From the human T2T-CHM13v2.0 reference genome, Homo sapiens: a stretch of DNA of 64,000 nt. Both the position numbers and the translations under genes were made by a program. The notes under the pieces were generated by a model. It saw only the letters and a list, made by a program, of their open reading frames with translations, was not told the DNA's origin and ran no database searches. Of this stretch, positions 39,591-54,980 are shown piece after piece; position 1 is the first letter of the stretch; each line of letters begins with the position of its first letter. The stretch lies in NCBI RefSeq assembly GCF_009914755.1, contig NC_060929.1. The stretch is one strand, 5' to 3'.

Positions 39591-42500
39591 AACACTGGTT
39601 ACTAGATATTAAATATTTATTTTTAATTTTGGGAGATGTGACAATGGAATCATTGTTATATTTTTAATATACTGGCTAATGTTATACTTACTAAAGTCTT
39701 TATAGATGAAATGATAGGATGCCTGGGTTTGATTCAAAATACTGCAAGAAGAACAAAGGCAGAGTGGATTAGATGTACTTTATTCCTCTTGGCAAGTATA
39801 CTTAACTAAACATAAATAAATATATGTGGAGAGAGAGAGCATGCACACATAAGAAGACTGTAAATGGTAGGGAGAAGAAGGCAGACTAGTTACCCTGCTA
39901 GTGACCTTGGAACCTGAGGAATGACATGATGGTGGTTTTCCTGAATTGTCTTTTGCTTTTTGTATCCCAGAATGAGTGCTAGGAAATCTGGCAATTTGGA
40001 AATGCCATTGGCAACAGACCAAAGAAAGCCTCGAAAGAAAGCCTGCCCTCTCTAGCCAAAAGACAAGAAAGGGATAGCCTAGAAAGACAAAACACTTTTA
40101 GACAATAACTGCCCTAACCAAACCACAGAAAAAAACTGTAGTCACCTTTACCAACAATGGCCAAGTAAGGAGCCTAGACTTTCATCCTTACCAGGGTGTA
40201 GCAAGGTATCCCTCCCCTTCTCCTGGATAGTGTCAGAGAAAGCCAAGTGGAAAGCTCAGACTTTCATCCCCCTGCACAGTCGTGAGCCACCTTCTCCCCA
40301 TGGTGTCAGTGGAGAAGCTGGACTTCCACCTCCACCTAACAGTAATGAGATGCCCCTGTCTGCTGGGATGGTGTCAGAAGATACCTAGTAGATGCTCAGG
40401 AATCTTCTCACTGCCCAGCAGTAATGAGGCCATCCCACCACCACCAAGGTGTCATGGAATATCATGGGAAACTACATTGGGAGCAGTAATGAAACACCAC
40501 TGTCCTAGCCAGAGTGGTACAGAAGAGCTTGAGTGGTGACCCTGTACTGTCACCCCTGCCCAGTAATAAATAACAAGTTACTCCTCCCCTCAAGAGTGTC
40601 AACAGAGGCTGCATGTAGATCTTGGACTTCCACCGTCATCTAGCAGTAATGAGGCATCCCTTGCCCTGTCTGCCCACCATTGCAGTATCAGAGGAGGCTG
40701 CTAAAACAAAGAATTTAAATATAACCCAAAGTCTCACAAAATAAAGTAAAAAATGTCCAAGATTCATATACACCTACTATTTACCAGCAATTTTTTTTAA
40801 TTCCAAGATTCAACTGAAAATCATTTATCATTGAAAGAACCAGGAAGATCTTAACTTAAATGAGAAAAGAAAATCAATACACATCAACACTGAGATGACA
40901 CAGATGTTAGAATTGTCTGACAATATTCTTAAAGCAACTACAATAAAAATGCATCAGTGGGCCATTGTAAAACTCTTGAAACAGATGATAAAAGAAAGAA
41001 AGTAGAAAGCATCAGCACAGAAATAGAAGACATAAAGAAGAACCAAATGAAAATTTTAGAATTTAAAAATAAAACAAAATTTTAAAACTTAATAGATGGG
41101 TTTCACAGCAAAATTCAGAGAGCAGAGGAAAGAATCAGTGAACTTGAAGATAGAAAAATAGAAATCACTCAAACTGAACAATGAAGAGTATATACACTGA
41201 AAAATCAAACAGCCTTAGGGAGCTATGAGACTATAATAAAATATGTAACATTTGATTATCTGAATTTCAAAGGAAGAGAAAGAGGATAAAGCTGCTGAAA
41301 AATTACTTGGAGAATAAATAATGGTGAAACATTTTCAAATTTTGGGCTTTGCATAAATATACAGATTCAATAAGCCTAATAAGTCCTAAACAGAATAAAC
41401 CCAAAGGCATTCACATCAAGACTCATCATAGTCCAAGTTTTGAAAATTAAAGGCAAAGAAAAAAATCATGAAAGCAGCGAAAGAAAGGACACTTTACTTG
41501 TCCTTTCTGGAAAAAAACAATTCAAATGATAGCAGATTTTACATCAAAAAGTGTGGAAGCCAGAAGGGAGTGACACCCATTTCTTCAGTGCTGAAAGAAA
41601 GTAAAGAACTGTCAACCAAGAATTCTATACCCAGTGGAAATATCCTTCAGAAATAAAGGACACATGAAGACCCTTTTAAATGAAGGAAAACAAGAATGTG
41701 TCTCCATCAGACCCACCCTAAAATAATGGCTAAAGGAAATTATTTAATCAGAAATGAAATATTAACCAAAGGATTCTTGAAACAAGAAGGAAGAAAGAAC
41801 AAAAAGAGGGAATATATGGAAAAGTATGAGTAATTACAATAAATTTTATCTCTTGATTTTTCTAAATATGGTTCATACAAAAATTATAACATTGTCTCAG
41901 GTATATATAAGAAATATTTAAGAAAATTATTTTGTAAACAGAGGAAGGGAAAGACACATAAAAGGTGGTAAGGTTTCTATACTGGTAAAATGATAATACT
42001 AGTAGACTGTGATAAGTTAAAGGGGTAGCACAGGGAGACCTTTGTGATGAGGAAATAGTTCTCTAACCACTTGGTGGTGCTTACCCAAATCTGTGCATGT
42101 GAAAAATGGAATAGAATTATACATACACATTGTGCCAGTGTCAATTTTGTGGTTTTTATATTGTACATAAGAAATAACCATTGGGAGAAACTAGGTAAAG
42201 GGTAAACAGGATCTCTCTGTGCTATCTGTGCAATTCTCTGTGAATCTATGCTTTTTAAAACATTTAAAATATTAAGGATAAAACCTTTTTAAAGAAACTT
42301 GACACATTCTTACCCATCTTCTGTCAATGTAGAGATATTTCATCCCATGCGATTGAAAAAAGGAGGTTAATAGATGAAATGGCAAAATGTTGATAATTAT
42401 TAAAACTGTATATACAACCCTCTATCAGTAATTTAAAGATGCAGCAGATGGAAAACCAATGAGAGCATAGTTGAACTGAGCACCACCACCGATCAGCTGG

Positions 42501-42840
42501 ATCTAGTTGACATTCATAGTATATTTCATTTAATAACTACAGAATACACATTCTTCTCAAGCTCTCATGGAATATTCACCCAGATAGACCACAACTTTGC
42601 CCATAAAACACACCTTAACAAACATCTAAGAGAATAGAAATCATACAAAGTATGCTCTCAGATCACAATAGAATTAAATTAGGAACAAAAGACAGAATAG
42701 AGCTGGAAAAATCCCTAACTATCTGGAGACTAAATAATAAACTTCTAAATAACAAACATGCCAAAAAAGAAGTCTCAAGAGAAATTAAAGAATATTTTAA
42801 ACTAAATAAAAATGAAAATAGAGCTTATTAAAATTTTCAG

Positions 42841-43164
42841 GGCCAGGTGCGGTGGCTCATGCCTGTAATCCCAACAGTTTGGGAGGCTGAGGTGGGCAGA
42901 CCAAGAGATCTGTGATCAAGAGATCGAGACCATCCTGGACAACATGGTGAAACCCCATCTCTACTAAAAAATACATAAATTAGCTGGATGTGGACGTGGT
43001 GGCATGTGCCTGTAGTCCCAGCTATTCAGGAGGCTGAGGCAGGAGTATCACTTGAACCCAGGAGGCAGAGGTTGCAGTGGGCCAAGATTGTGCCACTGCA
43101 CTCCAGCCCGGTGTCAGAGTGAAACTCATCTCAAAATAAATAAATAAAATAAAATAAAATAAAA
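42841..43164 (+). mobile_element. AluS (Sc-like) with (TAAAA)n tail
   Basis: Alu dimer; TSD taaaattttcag on both sides. Confidence 0.94.
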
Positions 43165-43585
43165 TAAAATTTTCAGGATGCAGAGAAAGCAGTGCTTTGA
43201 GGAGCATTTATAACACTGAATGCATATATTAGCAAAGAAGGAATATCTAACATCGATGATCTAAGCTTCCACATTAGGAAACAAAAAAAGAAAAGCAAAT
43301 TAATACAAGATAGATTGAAGAAAAGAAATAAAAATTACAGCAGACATTAAGAAATTGAAAACAGGAAAGCAATAGAGAATATCAACAGACAAAATATTGG
43401 TTATTTGTTTTTGTTTTTAAGTGAAAGCAAATATATTAGAGAAATAAAGAAACAAAAGAATAGCTGCTCCATAGAAAGAGCAGCACAGGATGGGCTGCTT
43501 AACTAGTATAGTTATGGTTGTTTCTTGATTATTTGCTAAACAAGGGGTGGATTGTTCATGTGTTGTTCGAGAAAGGGATGGGGAG

Positions 43586-43594
43586 TTCCCAGAA
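43586..43594. promoter_or_regulatory. GAS (STAT) motif in MER41B U3
   Basis: TTCCCAGAA = TTCN3GAA. The neighbouring tandem site (ttcgagaa, 43566-43573) has lost N3 spacing. Confidence 0.65.
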
Positions 43595-43618
43595 CTGAGG
43601 GTTCTTCCCCTTTTCAGA

Positions 43619-43628
43619 CCATATAAGG
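43619..43628. promoter_or_regulatory. Perfect CArG box (SRF site) in MER41B U3
   Basis: CCATATAAGG = CC(A/T)6GG. Confidence 0.75.
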
Positions 43629-44173
43629 TAACTTCAAATGCCATGGCATTTGTAAACCATCATTGTGCTGGTGGGAGTATCCTTTAGCATGCAAATGCAT
43701 TATAATTGGCATATAATGAGTAGTGAGGACAATCAGAGTTCGCTTTTCTCCTCCTTTTGGTTTTGATGGGTTTTGGCTGGCTTCTTTACCGCATCCTGTT
43801 TTACCAGCTGGGTCTTTGTGACTTGTATCTTGTGAAACCAGTTCCACCAACCTCTTATCTCGTCCTGTGACAAAGAATGCCTAACCTCCTGGGGATGCAA
43901 CCCAGCAAGTCTCAGCCTCATTTTATCCAGTCCCTATTCAGAATGGAGTTGCTCTGATTCAAACACCTCTGACATATTTCCCCTCTCCCTTCTAAAAGGG
44001 ACCCTTAATCCTAAAAGGTTCATCTTCTGTAACTTCTTCAGGCTGAATGGGTGATGATATTCCTGTCTAAGTATTAGGGTCTCTTGTATTCAGGATAGAG
44101 AAGCATTCAGTGAGAAAGCATCGGTATGGTGAGGGCCATTTATAACTCAGAATCCCAACAAAAGGTGATATAA

Positions 44174-44426
44174 GGCCAGGTGCAGTGGCTCACACCTGTA
44201 ATTTCAGCACTTTGGGAGGCTGAGGCAGGCAGATTGCTTGAACTCAGGAGTTCAAGACCAATCTGGGCAACATAGCAAAACTCTGTCTGTATAAAAAATA
44301 CAAAAATTAGCTGTGCATGGTGGTGTGGAAGGATCATTTGAGCCCAGAAGGCAGTGAGCTGTTATTGCACCACTGCACTCCTGCCTGGGTGACAGCCAGA
44401 CCCTGTCCCCGCAACCACCCCAAAAA
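44174..44426 (+). mobile_element. AluJ-like element with internal deletions, inserted in the MER41 internal region
   Basis: Alu left arm intact, right arm shortened; TSD gatataa (44167-44173 / 44427-44433). Confidence 0.88.
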
Positions 44427-44616
44427 GATATAAATAATTTCTAAATTCTGGAGAAATAAAGTAGAAAGAAATATGCTCCAGATTTTGTTTACAGGAGTAT
44501 ATTTTACTCAATTCCTAAAAGCTGTAAATAGCTCAAAAGAAAAGTTTTCTTGACTACAAATTCAGCCAATTGGTGCTGCAGTCTATTTCCTTTGAGTTGG
44601 GGGTCTCTTCAGTATG

Positions 44617-44635
44617 GTCCCTTCATGGTTTGCCA
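44617..44635 (-). promoter_or_regulatory. Retroviral primer-binding site (tRNA-Arg-like)
   Basis: TGGCAAACCATGAAGGGAC a few nt after U5; resembles the complement of a tRNA-Arg 3' end (TGGCGACCACGAAGGGAC). Confidence 0.65.
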
Positions 44636-47600
44636 TGGAAGATGTTGCCAGAAAGAGGTCCAGATCTAGACCCCAAGAGAGCATTCTTGGATCTCGCAGA
44701 AGAAAAAATTCATGTGGAGTCCATGGAGTAAAGTGAAACAAGTTTGATAGAGAATTAAAGAAAAAAATGAATGGCTACTCCATAGACAGAGCAGCCTGGT
44801 TAGTTGAAAAGATTAATAAAATTGATAAACCTCTAGCCAAGCTAACCAAAGGAAAAAAAGAGAACACACAAATTACTAATATTATAAATAAAATAGAACC
44901 ATCATACTTATCTTGTGGGCATTGAAAATATAATAAAGGAATAGTATGAACAATTCTATGCTACAAATGTGATAACTAAAATGAAATGGACTAGTGACTT
45001 GAAAGACACCGACTATCAGAACTCACACTAGGATGAATAATTTGAACAGGCCTATATCCATTAAAAATAGAGTTAATAATTTCCAAAAAAGAAAGTACCA
45101 GGCTCAGATGGTTTCAGTGGCATTTTCTACTAATTCACTGGGGTTTTACAAAACATTTAAGGAACCCATGGTATCAATTTCTGCAACATCTTCCAGAATA
45201 TCTAAGCAGAGCAAACACTTCCTAATTCATTCTATGAGGCCAGCATTCCCCTAATATCAAAACCAGAGATATTACAAGAAGAGAAAATTATGGGCCAATA
45301 TCTCTCATGAACATAGATGCAAAAACCCTCAAAACAGTAGCAAATTAAACAATGTATGAAAGGAAACATACTCTGTGACCTATGAGCATGTATGCCACGT
45401 ATGAAAGATTAGTTAAGCATTTAAAAATTGATAAATGTAATCCATCATATCAATAGGCTACAGAAAACAATTATGATTACATCAGTCCAATACTCATTGA
45501 TAATAAAAAACATTTGACAACATCCAATACCCATTCATAATAAAAACTATGAGCAAACTAGGAATAGAGAAGAACTTCCTCAACATGATAAAGAATATCT
45601 ACAAAAAACAACTAGAGCTAACATCATACTTAATGGTGAGAAACTGAACGCTTTCTCACCATTTATTTGGGAGTAAGACAAGGATGTACCCTCTCACCAC
45701 TCCTATTCTACATTTTACTAAAATAAGACAAGAATAAGAAATATATTTATACAGATTGATAAGGAAGAAACAGAACTATCTATGTTTGCAAATGACATGA
45801 TCGTCTATGTAGAAAATCCTAAAGACCAGCAAGAAACTCCTGGAACTAATAAGCAATTATAGTAAGTTTGCAGGATACAATATAGAATGTCAATGTGGAA
45901 AAGTCAATTGCCTTCCTATCTATTACCAACGAAAAATTAATTAGCAAAAAACATACTTAGATGCAAACCAAACAAAATATGTACAACATCTATATGAAGA
46001 AAACTACAAAACTTTGAAGAGAGAGATGAAAGAATATTCAAGTAAGTGGAGAAATATTTCCTGCCCATTGATAGGGACACTAAATATGGTTAAGACGTCA
46101 GTTACTTTCTACTTAGCTGTAGATTCACCCCAGTGACAATTAAAATCTTAGCAAGTTATTTTGTAGATATTGACATACTGATTCTAAGGTTTCTGGGTTT
46201 CTGTGAAGAGGGAAATGACTCAGAATAGCCAACAGAACACTGAAGAAGAGTAGAGACAGAGGACTGACACTACTCAACTTCAAGACTTAGTAGAAAAGGT
46301 ACAGTAATCAAGACAATGTGATATCGGATACGTGGGTGTTTATTATGTTTCTTATTCTAATTTTGTGTGTATTTGAAGGCTTTCATAATGAATTTTTTTT
46401 TCTTAATGAAAAGTTTTTGAGACTCTTCTTCAACTGTGTTTTTCTCCATGTTTTCTCCCTTCTCCTAATAACCACAAACTTTATGCATGCTCAAGGATTA
46501 TCAATTTCACTGATTCTCTGCTTCCCAAATCAGTAATTTCTGCTTAAGTCATCATTACTTTATTCCTTCTGTTTTCTTTGAAAACACATGGTTTAATTTT
46601 CTAGCACTTCTAACTTTTTGAGTCTACTACTTAATTTACTTGTTTAGCTTCCTTTTTAATTCCTTAAGAGTATAAAACTATGAATTGTTCTTTGAGCACA
46701 ACTTTAGATAAGCCCTTAATTGTTTGGTAAGTGATGTGTTTATTATCTTTATTTTATAATTTTTTTAATTTTCATTTTGAATTCAAAGTATTTAAGAAAA
46801 AGATATAGAATTTTCCTATGATTATATATTTTTCTTTTTAGAGTATTAATTTCTACTTCTATTGAAATATATCCAGAGATCATGATCTGTTCTTCATGTA
46901 TTTGTGTATATATTGGAAATTATCTGTTTATTTATATGGCATTATGTATGTTTGGGGTCTTGAAAAGAGGTTATATACTCTTTCGTGTTAAAGAGTTTGA
47001 GACATATCTGTTAGCTGAAGTATAATAATTATATCATTTACATCTTCTGTGTGCTTATTTTATTGTGTAGCTGATCTGTCATGAACCTAGAGGCAAGTTA
47101 AATTCCACTGCAATACCATATTTCGGTCTATTTCTTCTTGTTTTGTTTGCAGCATATGTGTTCTATCTTTTACTATTTATGTACATATTTATGGCAACTA
47201 CAATCTCATAGTAAATTGTATATCTTATACTCACAAAATGGACTATCTTGTAAAATATTTGCTTTGGATTTAGTCTTTGTGATATTGATATTTCTACCTC
47301 AAGTTTTTTTTTGTTACTATTTCCTTGTTATGTCTTTTTTTCTTCTATACAATCTGAGTCTTTTAGCTCTGTATGGTTCTTGTATATACAACATATTTTC
47401 ATCTATAAAATATTATTTTTTTACCCAATCTGGTCATCTTTCTGTGAATATACCCTATTTACATTAGGTGTCAAAAAATATAATTGGTTTTAGTTTTTTC
47501 ATCCAATGTTATGGGTTTTTTTGTTTTAAATACTTCGTTTTTTATTTTTGTATTTTATTCATGAAATTTCTTACCATTACTTTGGTTCAGTGTATGCAGT

Positions 47601-50292
47601 GTGTGCTTTCCTTCTTATAATTTGGAAGGCTTATATCTTCTTTTTACACGTTGCTATGGAAACATTTGTCAGTTGATATATTTTATCTAATCACTACTTC
47701 TTGCTATAGCAGCTTTAGTTTTTGTTTATGTCTCCTACGAAAGATTAGATAATTAGCTCACTACACTTTCTTCTACCTCTTTTCTCCTTCTCACCTTCTG
47801 AATTTCTTAGCTGCAGTTTTATTTTTAGTTCTGGTGATTTCCCTTATGACATACAAACAATATACAACTTAGACTACTATTTGTTGATTTATTCATCTTG
47901 AAATGGTTATTGATTTTTCATTAAGAAAGGTAAGAAAATGGGGCTGCATGGCCAAGATGGCTGACTAGAAGCAGCTATGGTGTGTGGCTTTCATGGAGAG
48001 GAACAAAAAGTACAAGTAAATACAGCATCTTCAACTGCAACATCTAGGTACTCACACTAGGACTAATCAAGGAAATAACTTGACCCATGGAGAATGGAGA
48101 AAAGCAAGGCAAAACAGCAGTCTGCCTGGAAGCAACACAGAGCCAATGAAACCTCCTCTGTCCAGGGAAGCAGTGAGTGTAGGTGCAACCTCAGGAAACT
48201 ACACTTCTCCCACAGATCTTTGCAACTCTTGGGTCAGAAGATCCCCTTGTGAACCAACTCCACCAGGTCCTTCATTCAGACACACAGAGCTACATGCAGT
48301 TTTGGCAGAGCAGCTGCTTTACATACTCTGGCTCCAGGCTTCCCAGCAAAAGTAACTGCAACTCCAGCAAAGTGGGAAGTTACAATTCTGTACATACCCC
48401 TAGGAAAGCAGCTGATTCCAGGGGGCCAAGCAGCAATGGTCTGTGGGCCCCACTTCCATGACACCTCACAGGATAGGACTCACTGGCTTGGAATTCCTGC
48501 CGGCCACCAGCAACAGTGTTGTGCCTACATGGAATGCAGTTTCTGGGGGTAGAGTGGACTGCCATCTTTGCTGTTTGAGTGAGTTAAACATTCCAGCCTG
48601 TGGTCTTGGGAGAGTCCAAACCATCTGAGCTGAAGTGGTACACCAGCAGAGCACAGCTGCTCCACTAAAGTGTGACCAGACTGCTTCTTTAAGTGGGTCT
48701 TTGATCTTGTTCCTCCTCACTAGGTGGAACCTCCCAAACGAAGCCTCCAACCACCTCCCACTGGTGTTCTCTGGCCAGCAGAGGTTTCAGTTCTCCATGG
48801 GATCGAGTTCCCGGTGGGGAGGGATAGGCCACCATCTTTGCTGTTTGGGCAGCTCAGCCATTCTAGCCCACGGTGTTTGGAGAGCCCAAGCCACCTGAGC
48901 AGAAGTGGTATCCGAGCACAGCACAGCTTCTCTACAAAAGCATGGCCAGACTGCTTCTTTAAGCGTGTCCACAATCCCGTTACTCATGACTAGGGTGAGA
49001 CCTCCCAACCAGCATCTCCACCCACTTCCTATTGGTGCGTTCAGGCTGGCAACATGTCTGTACCTCCCTGGGATAGAGCTCTCAGAGGAAGCAGCAGGCT
49101 GCCATCTTTGCTCTTTTGCAGCCTTCACTGGTGATACCTCCAGGTACTGGAAAATCTGAGCTGACTAGGTACTGGAGCAGACCCTCAGCAAACTGTAGCA
49201 GCCCCACTGAAAAGTGGCCAGACTGTTAAAAGAAAAAAATAAAATAAAGCCATGCAAAGGTCCACAACCTAAAGGTTGAAGGTAGATAAGCCCACAAAGA
49301 TGAGAAAGAGTCAGCACAAAAGAGCTGAAAACTCAAGAAACCAGAGTGCCTTTTTTTCCTCCAAATGACTGCATCTATCTCTCCAGCAAGGGTTCAGAAC
49401 TGGGCTGAGGTTGAGAGGGCTGAGATAACAGAATTAGATTCAAATAAAAATAACCTTCACTGAGCTAAAGAAGCATGTCATAACCCAGTGTAAAGAAGCT
49501 AAAAATCATGATATAACATTGCAGGAGCTGAGAGACAATATAGCCAGTATAGAAAAGAATGTAACCAGCTTGATAGAGCTGAAGAACACCATACAAGAAT
49601 TTCATAATGCAATCTCAAGTATTAATAGCCTAATAGACCAAGCGGAGGAAAGAATTTCAGAGCTTGAAGACTGTCTTTCTGAAATAAGACAGGTAGACAA
49701 GAATAGAGAAAAAATAGTAAAAAGGAATGAGCAAAACCTCTGAGAAATATGGGACTGTGTAAAGAGACCAGATCTATGACTAACTGGTGTACCTAAAAGA
49801 GATGGGGAGAATGGAATCAATTTGGAAAACATATTTCAGGATATCATCCATGAGAACTTCTCCAACTTGGATAGAAAGACCAACATTCAAAATCAGAAAA
49901 TGTAGAGAACCCCAGTAAGATACTCCACAGGAAGATCATTCCCAAGACACATAATCGTCAGATTCTCCAAGGTCAAAATCAAAGAAAATATGTTAAAATC
50001 AAAGAAAATATGTTAAAAGGCAGCCAGAGAGAAAGGCCCAGTTACCTAGGAAGGGAAGTTCATCAGACTAATAGTCAACCTCTCAGCAGAAACCCTAAAA
50101 GTCAGAAGAGATTGGGAACCAATATTCAACATTCTTAAAAAATTCCAACCCAGAATTTCATATCTGGACAAACTAAGCTTCATAAGCAAAGGAGAAATAA
50201 GAGAAGTAAATGCTGAGGGAGTTAATTACCACCAGATCTGCCTTACAAGAGCTGCTGAAGGAAGTACTAAATATGGAAAGGAAAGACTGTTA

Positions 50293-50655
<363 letters not shown>

Positions 50656-51424
50656 CTATAAAGCAACCACATAAACAAGCCTGCAAAATAAGCAGCTAAC
50701 ATCATGATTACAGGATCAAATCCACACATATCAATACTAACCTCAAATGTAAATGGGCTAAATGCCCCCATTAAAAGACTCAAGAGTGGCAAGCTGGATA
50801 AAGAACCAAGACCCATTGCTATGCTGTCTTCAAGAGACCCATCTCACAGGCAGTGACACACATAAACTCAAAATAAAGGGATGGAGAAAAATTTACCAAG
50901 CAAATAGAAAACAGAACAAAGCAGGATGGCAATCCTAATTTCAAACAAGCAGTCTTTAAACCAACAAAGATCAAAGAAAACAAAGAAGGGTATTACATAA
51001 TAGTAAAGGGTTCAATTCAATAAGAAGACCTAACTTTCTAAAATATGTATGCACCCAACACAGGAGCACTCAGTTTCATAAAGCAAGTTTTTAGAGACCT
51101 TCAAAGAGACTTAGATTGCCACACAATAATAGTGGGACCCTTCAACACCTCACTGGCAGTATTAGACAGATCACTGAGGCAGAAAATTAACAAAGATATT
51201 TAGGACCTGAACTCAGCACTGGACCAAATGGACCTGATAGATATCTACAGAACTCTCCACCCCAAAACAATGAAATATACATTCTTCTCCTCACCACATG
51301 GCACTTACTCTGAAGTCAATCACGTAATTGGAAGTAAAACACTCCTCAGCAAATGCAAAAGAATTGAAATGTTAACAAACAGTCTCTCAGACCATAGAAC
51401 TATCAAATTAGAATTCCAGACTAA

Positions 51425-53634
<2,210 letters not shown>

Positions 53635-54854
53635 CCATAGAATTAAATGGAAATCAAATAACCTGCTTCTGAATGACTTTTGGGTAAGTTATGACATTAA
53701 GGCAGAAATCAAGAAGTTCTTTGAGAATATTGAGAACAAAGATACAATGTACCAGAATCTTTGGGAAATAGCTAAGGCAGTGTTAAGAAGGAAATTCGTA
53801 GCACTAAATGCCCACATCAAAAGGTTAGAAAGATCTCAAGTTAACAACCTAACATCAAAACTAAAAGAATTAGAGAACCAATAGCAAACAAATCCCAAAG
53901 CTAGCAGAAGACAAGAAATAACCTAAATCAGAGCTGAACTGAAGGATATAGAGACATGAAAAACCATTCAAAAGATCAGTGAATCCAGGAGCTAGTTTTT
54001 CAAAAAAGCTAATAAAATAGACCACTAGCTAGACTAATAAAGAGGAAAAGAGAGAAGATTTACATAAACACAATAAACACAATCAGAAATGATAAGGGGG
54101 CTATTACCACTGATGACACAGAAATACAAACAGCCATCAGAGAATATTATTCACACCTCTATGCAAGTAAACTAGAAAATCTAGAAGATATGGATAAATT
54201 CCTGGACACATATACCCTCTCAAGACTGAACCAGAAAGAAATCGAATCTCTGAACAGACCAATAATGAGTTCTGAAATTGGGGCATAATAAATAGCCTAC
54301 CAACCAAAAAAGCCCAGGAGCAGATAGATTCACAGCTGATTTTTATCAGATGTACAAAGAGCTATTTTGATTCTTACTGAAAGCATTAACAAAAATTGAA
54401 AAGGAGGGACTCCTCCCTAACTCATTCTATGGGGCCAGCATCATCCTGATATTAAAACCTGGCAGAAATACAACAAAAAAAACTTCAGGCCAATATTCTT
54501 GATGAACATCAATGCACAAATCCTCAATAAAATACTGGCAAACTGAATTCAGCAGCACATGAAAAAACTTATCTACCACAATCAAGTAAGCTTCTTCCCT
54601 GGGATGCAAGGCTGGTTCAACGTATGCAAATCAACAAATGTGATTCATCACATAAACAGAACTAAAGACAGAAACTACATGGTTATCTTTATAGCTGCAG
54701 AAAAGGCTTTCAATAAAATTCAACATCTCTTCATCTTAAAAACTTTTAGTATATAAGGTATTGAAGGAACATACCTCAAAATAATAAGAGCCATCTATGA
54801 CAAACACAGCCAACATCATACTGAATGGGCAAAAGCTGAAAGCATTCCCCTTGA

Positions 54855-54980
<126 letters not shown>

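Larger units (their letters stand above)
43408..44795 (-). mobile_element. MER41B ERV1 element with RNA-like structure: R-U5 (44795-44643), short internal, U3-R (43974-43419), A-rich tail (43418-43408)
   Basis: Minus strand LTR start TGTCAGAGGTGTTTGAATCAGAGCAACTCCAT at 43974. LTR end ...CTCTTTCTGGCAACA at 44643. A ~65-bp R segment is present at both termini. PPT agaagggagaggggaaata directly precedes U3. Confidence 0.88.
39860..46320 (+). mobile_element. Long old L1M element (5' UTR, ORF1, ORF2 remnants) hosting an AluS and the MER41 retrocopy
   Basis: ORF1-like gcagaggaaagaatcagtgaacttgaaga (41121) and MKAAKE (41468). ORF2-like gaatacacattcttctcaag (42542) and tttgcaaatgacatgatcgtctatgtagaaaatcc (degenerate FADD, ~45785). 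Confidence 0.8.

Noticed and set aside
48530-49160. Three ~270-bp spaced repeats resembling an array
   Set aside because: Related units within an older primate L1 5' UTR; not a CRISPR-like repeat-spacer structure.
49975-50014. Perfect 20-bp tandem duplication aaaatcaaagaaaatatgtt
   Set aside because: Ordinary slippage inside a dead L1 ORF1.
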